Of a DNA stretch of 64,000 bases, positions 25,266 through 38,137 are shown in pieces. The stretch covers positions 1,394,510-1,458,509 of the forward strand of contig CAJFCJ010000007.1 in NCBI GenBank assembly GCA_904063045.1. The letters are read 5' to 3'. Every line of letters begins with the position of its first letter. Within the stretch, counting starts at the first letter, position 1. Source of the DNA: Dimorphilus gyrociliatus (lineage: Eukaryota > Animalia > Annelida). The notes below the pieces were generated by a model that saw nothing but the letters and a program-made list of their open reading frames with translations, made no database searches and had not been told where the DNA came from. Both the position numbers and the translations under genes were made by a program.

Positions 25266-28200
25266 TTAAGTAGCAGATCCGTTGCATGGTGCATTTTCTG
25301 CAGTTGACGCCTGTTCAGCAGCCTCCTCATATTTCATTAGACCGGAATTTGAGAGAAAGCTGCAGGGAGAATCTCAAATAAATTCAGTGAAAACAAAAAA
25401 TGAAACAAAACGATAAAAAATATTAGTATGGAAACGAAAAGAAATTGTTAAGTTGTCTCATAGTGCAGAAGAAAGAAACGACATTTCACCACAAGCCAAT
25501 CGCAACTTACTCAAAGTTTGCTGATAGATCGTCTCCTTGCTCGACATCTTGCAATATCAAACTAAAATCGCGATCGTTTTATTGATTTTATTAACAACAT
25601 TAGTGCGTAAATTAAAGTATTACATTAATGGGAATAAGGGAAGGTCAATTAAAATATAAACTGTACTCTTTAACTAAAAAAAAGACTTACCCCTGTGGAT
25701 TTTCTTTTTCCTTCACTTCATCATTTCTTTCACTATCTTCAGATAGGACTGTGAAATAAAACAAAAAACATTATAGGCACTTTCGATTATAAGAGAGCAG
25801 ATAAAAACAATGAACTGTACCATATGCTGAAACTCTTGCAGTTTCAACTTTCAAATCTGCATTTTCCATTGGAACATCAGAAATTTTTCGGAAATCAGCC
25901 CAACCTTCTTTCTTTTCATTATTTGATTCTTCGATTGAATCAAAATTGGCCCAATTAGAGCTATCTTCGGAAGGAGATTGACACGCGTCATCTTTCCATG
26001 GTGTGGTATCCATATCGGTGGCTTTTGTAAATGTTTCTTCCTTCTCGACATCCATTATTTCCGTATGTCGAATAACTTGTGGAGAGTCGAGATCTTCACT
26101 ACTGTCAGAGGAAGAAGATTTCTTAGGCCTCTTTTCATCGCAGTCATCCTCCTCATCAGATGAGTGACAAAGGGTTGCAGAGAGTGCGTGCGGTGCAGCT
26201 CTTACTTCCACTTCCTCAACGTGATTCCAAGCATTCTTATCGTCATCATCGTCTTCGTCATCGATAATATTCATTTTCTTATTAACTATTTTATCGAATA
26301 AGGTTCTCGACGATTGGGGAGACTTAAAATATAATACAATAAAATTATGCATTTAGGTTAAAGAAGATTTAGTATTTGAAAATGGAATACTCACGCAGTC
26401 TTCAACAGAACCAAAGTCAATACTGTTAACGTTTTCCGTATACATCGACCTGTTGCATTGAGGAATCGGTAAAATTTAATTTCTACTTGTGGGGTGATTT
26501 CTTTACAACTTACTCAGGCTTTTGTCCGGTCTTGGCAAAATCGCTCTGTTCAAAGCCAAAATTGTCAACAAAATTGCTTGTCATTTGTTGTAGTTGATAG
26601 TCTGAGAATGCCTACGGATTACATGACAAAGTGTTTTACACTTCAAATTGTTTTATTTTTTATGTTGTAAATAAGTTAAAATACATTCTTAAGCTTAAGT
26701 ATTACATGTCTTTCGTATGCTTTAATCATCTAACTTTACATTAATGTGACGTAAGTGTCTAATTAGAATTGCTAATCTATGTTAAAAACATTTTGTAGAT
26801 ATGTACCTGCTGTAATCCTGTATCACTCGGAAAGTTAACCTGTTTGAAGTCATCGTCTCCATCTTCTGAACTACTTGGCAGCCCCATGTTGCCTTGTCGT
26901 ACAGGTGTAATAATGTTTTTTGTGTTAACCTAAAGAATTTAAAAGTTATTGATGTTATATTTAAATCAATAAAACTTACAGATTCAAGGGTGCCGGTAAC
27001 AAATTTATCCCAATCTTCTCGAGCACTTTGATCAATCCAATCACTCCAAAAAGCTTTTTCGTCTGAACCAGTACTAATTGAAAGTTCACTTTTTTCCTCT
27101 GTAGGTTCTAAACATAAAATAATATTAAAAAAGAAAAAATTATATAAAAAACCATTAAAATTACTCGGGTCTCTGGGAGTTTCGGGAACTGAATCAACAT
27201 CGGTGCCATTTAAACTATCTCCTCCATTGACTCTTGCAGCTCCTAAATTATGTGAGACGGTTGTAACATGATTAGCGATTTTCGTTAGATGACCCATATA
27301 ACCGGCTCTACGAGTATTAACTTCACGCCTTGCGTCCATTTCAAATGCCCACAAAATTTTTGATACTAAGGAACACTGGTTTGACGAAAATAATTGCTCT
27401 ACTAATTTAAACGTTCCGGTTCCTTCTGTTAGACCCTGAGTGGCGTTTAGGATTGCCGCAATGCATTTTTCGACTTGAGTGTGTAAAAGATTATTCCAAG
27501 TGTAATGAAAAAAAAGTTCTAAAAGAACTTGCTGAGTTTTTAATTCAACTAATTTTTCGTTGATTTTTTCACTTGGTGCTCTCTCCAAAATCGTTGCTAA
27601 AAGTCTAACAACTGCTAAACGAATCTGTCCCAAAGGGGGATCTAAAAGACCTATAGTAGTGTTCATAGTTGAATAATGTTGTTTTGGAGGATTCAACAAT
27701 AGCTGATGAATGTCTGGTAAGTGCTGAACTATCCCTTCAACAGATTCAGTAACATCAAAAGTCAATATGTCATCTGCAGAACGTCCGTTATCTGTGGAAT
27801 TGGAAATAATTTCGCCGGGTAGACCGCTCATGATTTGATCGTTCATAATAGGTCCAGAACTGATAAAATATTACTTGCTATAGTTTGATTTAATCTTTAA
27901 GAAAAAAAAACATACTTCGACGGCGCACAAGCTTTCGGGTCAACCAAAGTTAAAAGAATACTGAAGCCGTGTACAAGAGCCGAATTTCGTCTCTCCTCTT
28001 CATCCGGAGTAGACGTGGTGTCTACATTTCGCCTCCATGACAACATATTATGTAGAAGTTTATTTATACAGGCTGACGATTCCGCCTGCTTTGCTATCAA
28101 GTCATCTTCATCAGAAACTTCATCTCCTTTAAGTTTAGCTGAGAGAAATTCCCGATGTAGCCTAAGAAAACCAGATTATTAGTAAAAAACCATATAATGA

Positions 28201-29218
28201 AAAGGAAATTCAGACTTTATAATTTCCATAATGACACCAGATGCATTGGCATGAATATAACACGAATAATCTGGATGAATCAGATTGACTAATTTTTCTA
28301 TTAAATTTAAATCAATTAGCCAAGATCTGCATTGTTTTACGCAGTCTTCTCCAATATCTGTATTATTAATTGAATATTTATTTATTTAAACATACATCTA
28401 ATCAAAGATATCTGATAAAAAATAATCTTACCAGGAAAGCTATTTGATGCTGCAAAAGATGAGCTACAAGTTATAAACTGGGTTAACAACTCGCAAATAG
28501 CTGACGTCTCCAGATGTTTTAATAACAAATCCATAAAGTTTAATTTGCTTTTAACGAAATTCAGCGTTGATTCGGATTTACGTGTAATCAACAAGCAGAA
28601 TACTCGGCCAACAAAGGACGCTAGTAACGGATTTAAGGAATCATTGGTGTTTAAAAACTTATACAATCTTTCCAAGTAGATATCTCCATCCACTAACATA
28701 TTAGTAATTTGAGCAACATCGCTGGTTAATAGTTCGCAAGCCGTGTTCGGAAACTTATAACGACGTCTCTCATCTGTTTCATCGTCTGGTTGCATAACTA
28801 TCAAATCGACTAACTTGTTCATTGACTCATCTTGTGTTAAACTATAAAATAGGTTATTGTAGTTTAGTTCTGGAGATAATGTATGTTATACAAACAATTC
28901 AAGTAGTCTCTGATTTTGACCCTTGCATTCTTGGAGGACATCGTCCTCATCTAGCAGTTCCATAAGACATATTTCCTAAAAAGATTGGAAAGGTTTGTAA
29001 GCCACTTAACAATGTTGATTCTAGCCTAGATATATTTATGACTAACTGCAAATAGTTTCCGAAATACTACTTTTAACCTCTAAGAGAATTTTGTCATAAA
29101 TTTATTAATTAGCTAACGATCTTTCTGCAGCTAGAACCATTTTCAAATAACAGTAATACCCTACCTCTTTTTCAAGAAGACTGTCAATTTTAGAAGGTAA
29201 GGTAAATCTCCAGAACAT
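25266..29218 (-). CDS. PPP6R3: Serine/threonine-protein phosphatase 6 regulatory subunit (SAPS family), multi-exon
   Basis: Start [18 protein letters not shown]. Later exons give [62 protein letters not shown] and [16 protein letters not shown], then an acidic tail. Paralog assignment within PPP6R1-3 is not resolvable. Confidence 0.9.
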
Positions 29219-30637
29219 TATGGAGTCAGTAGGTTTTCTTCAATTTATTAACTTTATCGATCTTTGATTTTCATGCTCCCTTCAAACTGTAGAATGACAC
29301 ACGATAAATATCTTGTGTAATTACCTAAACACCTACAATATGTTAACCATTCGGCCATATACTCTTATTACACTGATATAAAGGTAAAAACACGCATTTT
29401 ACCAGTCCGTAATTGGTCGTGAAATTTTTTTCGACAGAAAAAAATAGAAAAAACTTAACGCTCTAAAAATTTAACTCTAGCTAAAAAGAGTGCTAAATCA
29501 ATTACATCTTACTTAAACGGACGGTCTTTATATTCACAAAATGCCTTGTCCGAAAAACAAACAGAAATCAAAATGGCGGACAAATATCGTAAACGGGAAG
29601 TTCAAAGTGAGGTCAAATGAGATTTTGTTAGACTGGTATAAAAATAGTACCTTCTTAATTAAAGAATTAGCGCATTTGTCAGGAAAAAACTAATATCTAC
29701 AAATGCATATTACTAAAAGATCATTTTCTCTAACAAGGAGCTATTTAACTGTTAGAAAGAGGACCAGTCTAATTTGACTCGATGTTATACGTGAAATGTA
29801 AGATATAATATTTTCTTCTGTTATAAGCGTTTAAATTTTGCATCGTTATTAAAAATTCAAACTTTTTGTGTAGAATATGCAACTCTTTTTTAAATTTTAT
29901 TATGATTTTGTACGAAATTTTTAGACAATAACATAGATCCGGATGTTGGATGACTTATATATGCAAATCAATTTAACGTACTACTTGCGCGAGAATCGCG
30001 TTGTTTGGGCTTTCTTTCAAAGGTAGGTGTTAAACATTCTGCATTATAGCTGAATTATTGTGATTTTCAGGTTTTAATTTTTTTGATACTATTTAGAACA
30101 GTTTTATCTATACTATGTGACATGTTTCATGTTATGACTTTTTTTTGTTTCTCTTGAAACCTACGTTAAAAGTAGTCACATGGCTAATGATTGTACTCAT
30201 TCAAATGAGTTCCCGCGTAGGATAGATTTTGCTTCATTTAGGAAAGATAGAGATAAGATGATATTCTAATAGGAGAATATTAGCTAATATTAAAGTTTTT
30301 ACAACGGTTTAGTCAGTCGTCGCTTATGAATAACGCTGAAAACTAGCGGCGTTTCTTACCGAACCAGCTAGCTACCTCGGATGAATCAGACAAAGGATGG
30401 TGCTCTTTGTCTCAAATCGATTACCCCGCTGACTAATTCTTAAGTTTCTTGATGACTTTTCTTTGAAAGATACAATTATTCGAGGCAACGAAAATTAAAT
30501 GTACATAAATAATTTATCTAGATGGGGCTTGCCCGGCAAATGTCTCGCGCGCGCTAGCTATTTATAGTAACAGTTGTGACCTCGTTTTTTCTCGAGATGC
30601 TAAAACTTATGTAATAATTGCAGAATTTTTATCGAGG

Positions 30638-31467
30638 ATGTTTTCGTTTCACAAACCAAAGACATACAGATCTTCTGATGGATGTTGTATCTGTAAGGCT
30701 AAATCGTCATCTTCAAGATTTACTGATTCGAAAAAATACGAGAATGATTTTGCCGATTGCTTCCGTATAGAAGAACGCCGAGCCGGTGAAATTTGTAACG
30801 CCTGCGTTCTGCTTGTCAAAAGATGGAAAAAACTACCCACGGGATCAAAGAGACATTGGCATCATGTAGTCGATGCTCGAGCTGGGCCAGGTAGCAAAAG
30901 CCTAACACGAGTTAAATCACGTCTGAATCAGAGATTGGAACATTTTACAAAGTATAAACACAAGAAGTTACCGTCAAAACGAGCTCCCTCCCGACTTTTT
31001 GCTAGATCTCCAAGTTTGATATCAGATGACAATATCATTGGTAAGTAACTAATCGAAACTTTATTGCAAGATTATTATGTCATTTTACCTATCAGTATCA
31101 GATGAAGAATCATCAGTCTCATCATCCGAAAGTGGTTCAGAATATCAATCAAAACGCCGCCAGAGACGCGTATCAGTTTCCCCTTTATTAGATCTGAGCT
31201 ACTGGAAAACAAAGCACGTCTGTTGCGGTATAATTTTTGTTGGAGAATTTGGGGAAACAATCCTTGATCCTAAGTAAATATTCTTTAACACTTATATTAT
31301 GAATTGTATAATGAGTTGCTACTTTGTTCAGGTTAATTAGAGGTTGTGAGAAGTGCATTCCAAACTATTCAAGAACTCCATCCGAAACTTCGAGTATAAA
31401 AGATTCTTTGGAGCGCCAAACATCTTCAGGAAGCACAGTAGAAAGCGATACGGAGCAGGCTGAGTAA
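30638..31467 (+). CDS. SINHCAF: SIN3-HDAC complex-associated factor (FAM60A), 3 coding exons
   Basis: MFSFHKPKTYRS..GCCICKAKSSSSRFTDSKKYE and EICNACVLLVKRWKKLP.GS..W.HVVDARAGP. Exon 2 has LDLSYWK..HVCCGIIFVGEFGE. Exon 3 ends EQAE*. Confidence 0.93.
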
Positions 31468-32407
31468 CAAAGAGTTTTTAAAAGCAAAAGTATTTCTTTT
31501 TGGTTTTCATAGCATCCAACTTCCGGTTATTTGACTGAAATAATCGCCACGAAGTTTTTGTAGTTGAAATGTATTTATTAGTGTGAGAGTATTTGAGATT
31601 TGTAAGTGTTCATAACTTATTGCTGTTCAACTTGATATTTCAACCGCCGAAATATGTCAGGTGCTTTCCTCTTGATGACTAAAGTTTTATTGTATATTGT
31701 TTTTTTAGTTGAACTATTTGTTACAAGAATGCTCAAGCGATTTGAAAGTCACAACATTTTGTAAAATGGACATTTTGTACTTGTTTTCGTATATATATGT
31801 ATATATATATATACAATTTGTATACATTTTTATTCTGGATACATTGTAGCTGATTATTATTCAGACAATGTTAAATTCGATTATAGATATAGTAAAAAAA
31901 AAAAAAAAAAAATTGTCCAATTTGTGCAATTAATCGTTATGTTAGATATGCAAGTGTCTTGCTTTTCAATTTGCCAACATACTTATATACTTTTATATCT
32001 TTTTTTTTTGTAACATCCCTCTGAACTTGAATGGTCTCATGTTTGTTACTTGCTAAAACGATTGTAGAAAGGTAGTCAACCTTTATTTAATTTTACAATT
32101 TATCCGTTCTACCGTTTAAACTGCTATGTTATTTATCTGAACTTTTACATTCTGGGAATAGTTACACATTGTACATACTTACACATTTTGTTTTTTTTTG
32201 AGTTAATTTAAATAAAAGTAAACTTCCATTTGTTGCATGAATCAATTCAGCTTGAACGTCTCTTTGTATTGCTCCGATCTACTTACTGATAATAAAAAGA
32301 TTTAAACGTATTTTTCCCGCGGATAAAATAAAAAAAAAATTAATCATTTCTGATTGGTCGATTTTTTCTGGGCATTTGATTGGTTGTCCACTTGCATCAG
32401 AAACGTT

Positions 32408-34240
32408 ATGGCGACTAGTGAAGAAAAATCGCAAAAATCTTCAATGCACTCTCATTTAATGAGACAGGATTTAGCTACATTGGTGAGTAGGGTCGTTTCA
32501 ATAAAATAGGAGGATTTTTGATACTAGTCTTTTGTCTATTCTTCTGCGAGAGACTTACCGGTCTGCTGTCGCGTGTTATTCCGATGCTAGATTTTATTAG
32601 TTTCGAGTGTAACATATTCCCCTGTTTACGCATCGATATAAATAATTTCAACTTTTAATGACATATACGATATTTTCTTGCCAATTGATGTCATTAAAAA
32701 ATTAATATAAGGCTTGAAGATAATTGTGGCCATAATAATTGAGAGCGATAATATATTGCAATAATAGCTACCGTATTGCATCAACATTTCTTACATTACC
32801 TTTCATAATCTTTTCAGTACGAGATCTATTATGTATTTGCGGAAATACTGATCTTTTCATAAGTAAGAAAAATTAATATCATGTTTGAATTAGGATATCT
32901 CCAAATTGACTCCATTGACACCTGAAGTTATCAGCAGACAAGCAACAATTAACATTGGTACAATTGGCCATGTAGCTCATGGAAAGTCCACTCTTGTTAA
33001 AGCTGTATCTGGAGTACAAACTGTCCGTTTTAAAAATGAATTAGAAAGAAATATCACCATTAAATTGGGCTATGCCAATGCCAAGATCTACATGTGTGAT
33101 GATCCAGCTGTAGGACGGCCACAATGTTATACTTCTCGTGGAAGTGCCCATGTTGATGAATTTGTCTGCGACCTGTCTCCAACGAAAGCCAAATTTAAGC
33201 TTGTTCGTCACTTGTCTTTCGTTGATTGCCCAGGTCACGATATCCTTATGGCGACTATGTTGAACGGTGCCGCTGTTATGGATGCAGCTCTGCTGTTGGT
33301 TGCTGGAAATGAATCATGTCCTCAACCGCAAACATCGGAACATTTAGCTGCCATCGAAATTATGAAGTTAAAGCATATAATAATTCTCCAAAATAAAATT
33401 GACCTGGTAAGAGATACACAAGCTAAGGAACAGTATGAGCAGATAAGGAAATTCGTTCAAGGAACGATCGCTGAATCAGCTCCTGTTATTCCGATATCTG
33501 CTCAGTTGAAATACAATATGGATACTGTATGCGAATACCTTGTTAAAAAAATTCCTGTTCCTATTCGTGATTTTACAAGCGAACCAAGACTGATCGTTAT
33601 TCGATCTTTTGATGTTAATAAGCCAGGCTGCGAAGTAGAAGAATTACGCGGTGGTGTTGCAGGAGGCTCTATTCTTAAGGGAGTTTTGAAAGTAGGTCAA
33701 GAAATTGAAGTTCGACCTGGAATAGTAAATAAGGATGGACAAGGAAAATTGACATGTAAGCCTATCCGCTCCCGCATCGTATCGTTGTTGGCTGAACAGA
33801 ACGACCTTCAATACGCTGTACCAGGAGGTTTAATTGGAGCAGGAACCAAAATCGAACCAACTTTGTGTCGTGCTGATAGAATGGTCGGGCATGTTTTAGG
33901 GGCAGTAGGATCATTACCTGACATTTATACTGAAATAGAAATATCGTATTTCCTTTTGAGACGTTTGCTGGGCGTTAGGGTTGAGGGAGATAAGAAAGGC
34001 GCGAAAGTACAAAAACTAGCTAAAGGTGAAATGTTAATGGTTAATATTGGTTCTTTGTCATCTGGTGGTCGAGTTATTGCAGTTAAAGCTGATTTGGCTA
34101 AAATATCTCTACAAAACCCTGTTTGTACTGAAGTCGGAGAAAAAATTGCTCTTAGCCGAAAAATTGAAAAACACTGGCGATTGATAGGTTGGGGTCAAAT
34201 AAGAAGAGGTAACACCGTAAAACCGGAAAGTGATTACTAA
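32408..34240 (+). CDS. EIF2S3: Translation initiation factor eIF2 gamma; exons 32408-32482 and 32894-34240
   Basis: [29 protein letters not shown] and WRLIGWG motifs. Exon 1 MATSEEK...QDLATL|gtgagt joins tag|GATATC in phase 0. Confidence 0.96.
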
Positions 34241-34331
34241 AAATTTTCTCATTTTTTGTAAGAACTATATTTCGAAATAGCTATTCCTCAAATACAATTA
34301 TTTAATTGATAATTGCACGAACAAACATTTT

Positions 34332-35439
34332 TTACTTTCGTGGACGAGGGCGGTAGGCAATTACTCGAGACTTAAGAGCTGACCATTTATGTCTCTTAAT
34401 GTAGTATGCTACTGGTATGAGGATACCGAATATCATAAACATTTTCAGTGCCATTCGTTTTCTTGTATCATATTCTGGTTCACCAGCGAACTTCAAGAAT
34501 GTAGATACATCTTTAGCCATTTGACTGGCTGTTGCGGGTGTTCCATCTTCATATTCCAAAATTTCATTATACAATGCTTTAGCCATTCCAATAGCTCCTC
34601 CAGGAAAATATGGATTGAAATGTAACTCTTCCCTTACTTCAATTCCAGCAGGTGGGTCGCAATACCCGGTCAATAAACTAAATATATAATCTTCACCTCC
34701 GTGCCTTGCCAGTGTGATGAAGGACAAATCAGGCGGTAGAGCTCCGTTATTTGCAGCCTTTGCGGCTTCGTCATTAGCATATGGTTGGGGGAAGGGATCG
34801 CTCAATTTTCCTGGTCTTTCAAACATATTACCCTCTTCATCAGGACCGTCTACGACTTGGACTTCAGCGGCCTCGGCTTTGGCCTCATCTTCAGTCAATA
34901 ATTCACCTACTAATTTTCTGTAGTACATATAATTCATTGAATGGCACGCAGCGCACACTTGTTTATAAACTTGATAACCCCGTCGGGCACTCTTATGATC
35001 TATTGATGAAAATATGCCATTATGTGACCATGGCATAGCTGGAGGATGTAATTCCAACTCAGAGGCGAAAACAGATGAAGCCAGTCCAACACCTCCTACA
35101 GTTACGCCGGCAGTTAATAATCCGGCGATCCATTTCTTGTTCGACAGAAATTTGTTGGATTTTGTAGAGAATACCTGTTAGGTTATTAAGGAGTAAATAA
35201 AAGTACTTTCTTATTTTTTAATTAGTTCGTCTGCTGTAGCGGATAAATAAAGGTCACACGTTAGAGGAGTTAGAGGTAACACTTCTCTATGAACAATATT
35301 TATGTGAAGGTCATGAAGGGATCTCATGACAATTTTATTTTATTAATATATGAAAATCTCGTACCTGCTTGGATACTCGGAATTCATTGCCGAAACGAGT
35401 AAAATTTCGACAAGTCGAACGACCAAGAATAGCGGCCAT
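34332..35439 (-). CDS. CYC1: Cytochrome c1, mitochondrial precursor; exons 35365-35439 and 34332-35174
   Basis: Heme motif [26 protein letters not shown] and DGTPAT, plus a C-terminal TM. Presequence exon [16 protein letters not shown]...KQ|gtacga. Confidence 0.95.
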
Positions 35440-35782
35440 TTTCACATCTACAGAGACTTCCGGCTGATGATAGTTCTAGTATTGCAATGAGAAGTCCAGA
35501 AGAATTTGCGGTGTCCAAGGCAGAATAACATTCATTTGTCAATATTAAATTTTACAAACTGAAATATTTACAATTTGCAATCGAGTCTTAATTGGCAGGA
35601 GCGTTTGTAAGTGAAAGCATTTAAGGTTAGAATTTTATGTACTTGATAAGAGTGTACGATTACATATGGAATGATTGTATTATAACTGATACTCCCACTT
35701 TGGTCATTTCCTGCAGTTCTTTAGAAAGTATTTTGTGTAGATTTTTACTAAAAAGAAACCAACTATTTATAAAAAAAATCGT

Positions 35783-36541
35783 TTATTCATTATGAACTAC
35801 GATGAATGTTTTGTGATTAGTCAAAGCGAAAGTCTTTTGAGGAGTTGCAGGCTTTCGGGGTGGTCGATCTATATTGTCTTCATCTCTCTTGAGTTGACAC
35901 CATTCCTCATACATCATCCCATTCTTTCTCAAATTTTTTCTCCATCGCTTAATGTCCTCCCTGCTGACGGGTTTGCTGGTTTCTTTTTGAAAAGAATTTG
36001 TTGATTGCCAATTTTTATATGAGTCCTTATAGGTTGATGAAGTGGGAATTTGAACATTTCCATGGCCAGTATCCACAAGAGAAAAGATACTGATTTTAGT
36101 CTTTTCTATTTTCTGCTTAGCGATTGGATCAACTGCAATCTCTGCTTCCTTTTCTCGTTTCATTAGTTTCTGTTCGTAAAAGTAATCTTGTTTACTCTCC
36201 ATCCAATTCTCGTAAGCTGTGGAATTATTTTCTAATATATCCCTGGTTGGCGTCTTTCGATAATCAATTTTCTTTTGTGCTAAAGGATTAACGAATGCTT
36301 TTGGTCCTTCATCATTTTTCGATTGCAATAGTCCCTTCTTTCTCTTTCTATCTAACCATTTCTGATAAGCCATCGCATTGAAGAGCTGCCTTTCTTCATC
36401 AACTTCTTTCGTTTTCTCTTCCTCTAGCAACCATGTCTTCCAAGTCCTGAATCTACTATCTGCATTTGCGGGCCTGTAAGCAGATTTCAATAGTAAATCT
36501 TGTTCACTTTTTTCTACCATATTTGCTACTTGATTGACCAT
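35783..36541 (-). CDS. Charged coiled-coil ORF with repeated (Y/F)xxW-K/R motifs (CCDC34/CCDC181-like); possibly last exon of the upstream ankyrin gene
   Basis: 252-aa ORF containing RFRTWKTW, AYQKWLDRKRK, AYENWMESK and MYEEWCQLKR. Family assignment rests on motif resemblance only. Confidence 0.55.
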   Translation of the reverse strand: MVNQVANMVEKSEQDLLLKSAYRPANADSRFRTWKTWLLEEEKTKEVDEERQLFNAMAYQKWLDRKRKKGLLQSKNDEGPKAFVNPLAQKKIDYRKTPTRDILENNSTAYENWMESKQDYFYEQKLMKREKEAEIAVDPIAKQKIEKTKISIFSLVDTGHGNVQIPTSSTYKDSYKNWQSTNSFQKETSKPVSREDIKRWRKNLRKNGMMYEEWCQLKRDEDNIDRPPRKPATPQKTFALTNHKTFIVVHNE

Positions 36542-36714
36542 AAAATTTTTACTGATACTACAATCATGCTGTTATCACTTATTATAGATATAAACAAATA
36601 AGGAAAGTTACTCTCTGTCAAGTATTATATTTTACATGGAAACGGACGTAATATATTTTATCTCGATTATTAAATTCTACATACGTAAATATCATACTTG
36701 ACATTTTTTTTCGC

Positions 36715-38137
36715 TTACCTCTTTGACCAATCTGTTTCTTTGTTCTCTCCTGTGTGATACTTAGTTTTATAATAAACCTTCCTTTCCGTAGAAACGTTCT
36801 TGTTCATTTTAGAATTTTCCTTTCTATATCGAAGCTTCTTCTGCGATTCTAGATTACAATTTCGTAGAAAATCCAACTCCCAATCTTCCAATATAACTGT
36901 TCTACACGTAGATCCTTTCGTCATATTGGAAACTGAGCTGGAGGGTCTCTCTAATTTCGTATCAGCGAAGGAGGAGACTTCTATACCGCTATCTGTGTCA
37001 GCACTCCAACCTACTTTTCGTTGCCTTCTAGACAATGTTGATGGAGCGCTGTTTATTCGTCTGCTTTGTATTGCACTTTCCGTGTCTCTGTCGCCCTCGT
37101 CTGGAGTCTTTTGAACGCGTAATAGATTCTTATTAATAAGACCTGCTCTATTTTTAATCAACTCTCTGAAAAATCTAACACTCGACTTAGCGTCCACACT
37201 TTCTGCAATATCACACGGTGTTTTTCCAAAAATGTCCTTTTTCGTTAAATCTAATCGACTTTGATTCAATTCGTATAAGACGCTTATATTGTCCTGATGA
37301 GCAGCGCTATGAGCGCAAGAACGTTTGAATATTGTCTCTCTAGTAAACGATTTTCCATTGATATTATATAGAGATTTAAGAGTCTTAACATTACCAATAG
37401 AACTAGCTAAGAAAGCTATACAAAAGATTAACTCTTCAGCTTTCTCTTCCGACAGCGTATCTGAAACTATCCTCACATGCTTAATTAAGCAATCGGGGTT
37501 GTCTTCACTAAGCAAATTTACGATCGTTTCCCATAAGGGGGGAAATTGAACAGTAAAGAGTGCACCAGACGATATATTATCATTAAACGTGATTTCATAA
37601 TTGTCATCCAACACATTATGCTTTGGAAAGCAAAGAGAATAATCAATATTTGTGGGTAGCCCGGCCATAATTTCCAATTCCATCTTCAAATGTTTACATT
37701 TGATCGTATGAGGCAGGTCTTTGATAGAGATCGGACCGCCCTTAAATACTCTTATGTGGACGACGTTAGCCGATCTTTCCTCGTCCATCGATACCAAAAA
37801 ACGAGTTATATCAAGTACATTAGTAAATTTTCTATTTTCGAGGATACGTTTAATAGATCTTGATGCCTGTGCCGCTCGACAAGATCTGTTTTGACGAGAG
37901 ATTTACTATAACAACATTCGTATATTTATATATATATGTACACAGTAATATATTAGTATTAAGAGTAATATAAATATCGATATAATAAATCCAATACCCT
38001 TTCGGCTGTCGAGGTTCAACCTGATTCCTTAGAGCCGCGTATAAAGGTAATAAAGCGAATTTTATTTGTTTTCTAAAGTAATTATCATCTATATCCTCTC
38101 TCCAGTAACTTTTCGAATCTGCATCATTCATACTCAT
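36715..38137 (-). CDS. Ubiquitin-like plus ankyrin-repeat protein (ANKRD60/ANKUB1-like)
   Basis: 360-aa ORF with a Ubl-like segment (HLKMELEIMAGLP) and ankyrin motifs (AFLASSIGN, CAHSAAHQDN, DIFGKTPCDIA). The frame stays open upstream to an acceptor near 37885 that fits the first exon MSMNDAD...QPK|gtattg. Confidence 0.6.

Noticed and set aside
32483-32893. Intronic snoRNA in the 411-nt EIF2S3 intron
   Set aside because: Only degenerate C/D (TTGATGT...CTGA, too far apart) or H/ACA-like boxes, with no convincing terminal stem or guide.
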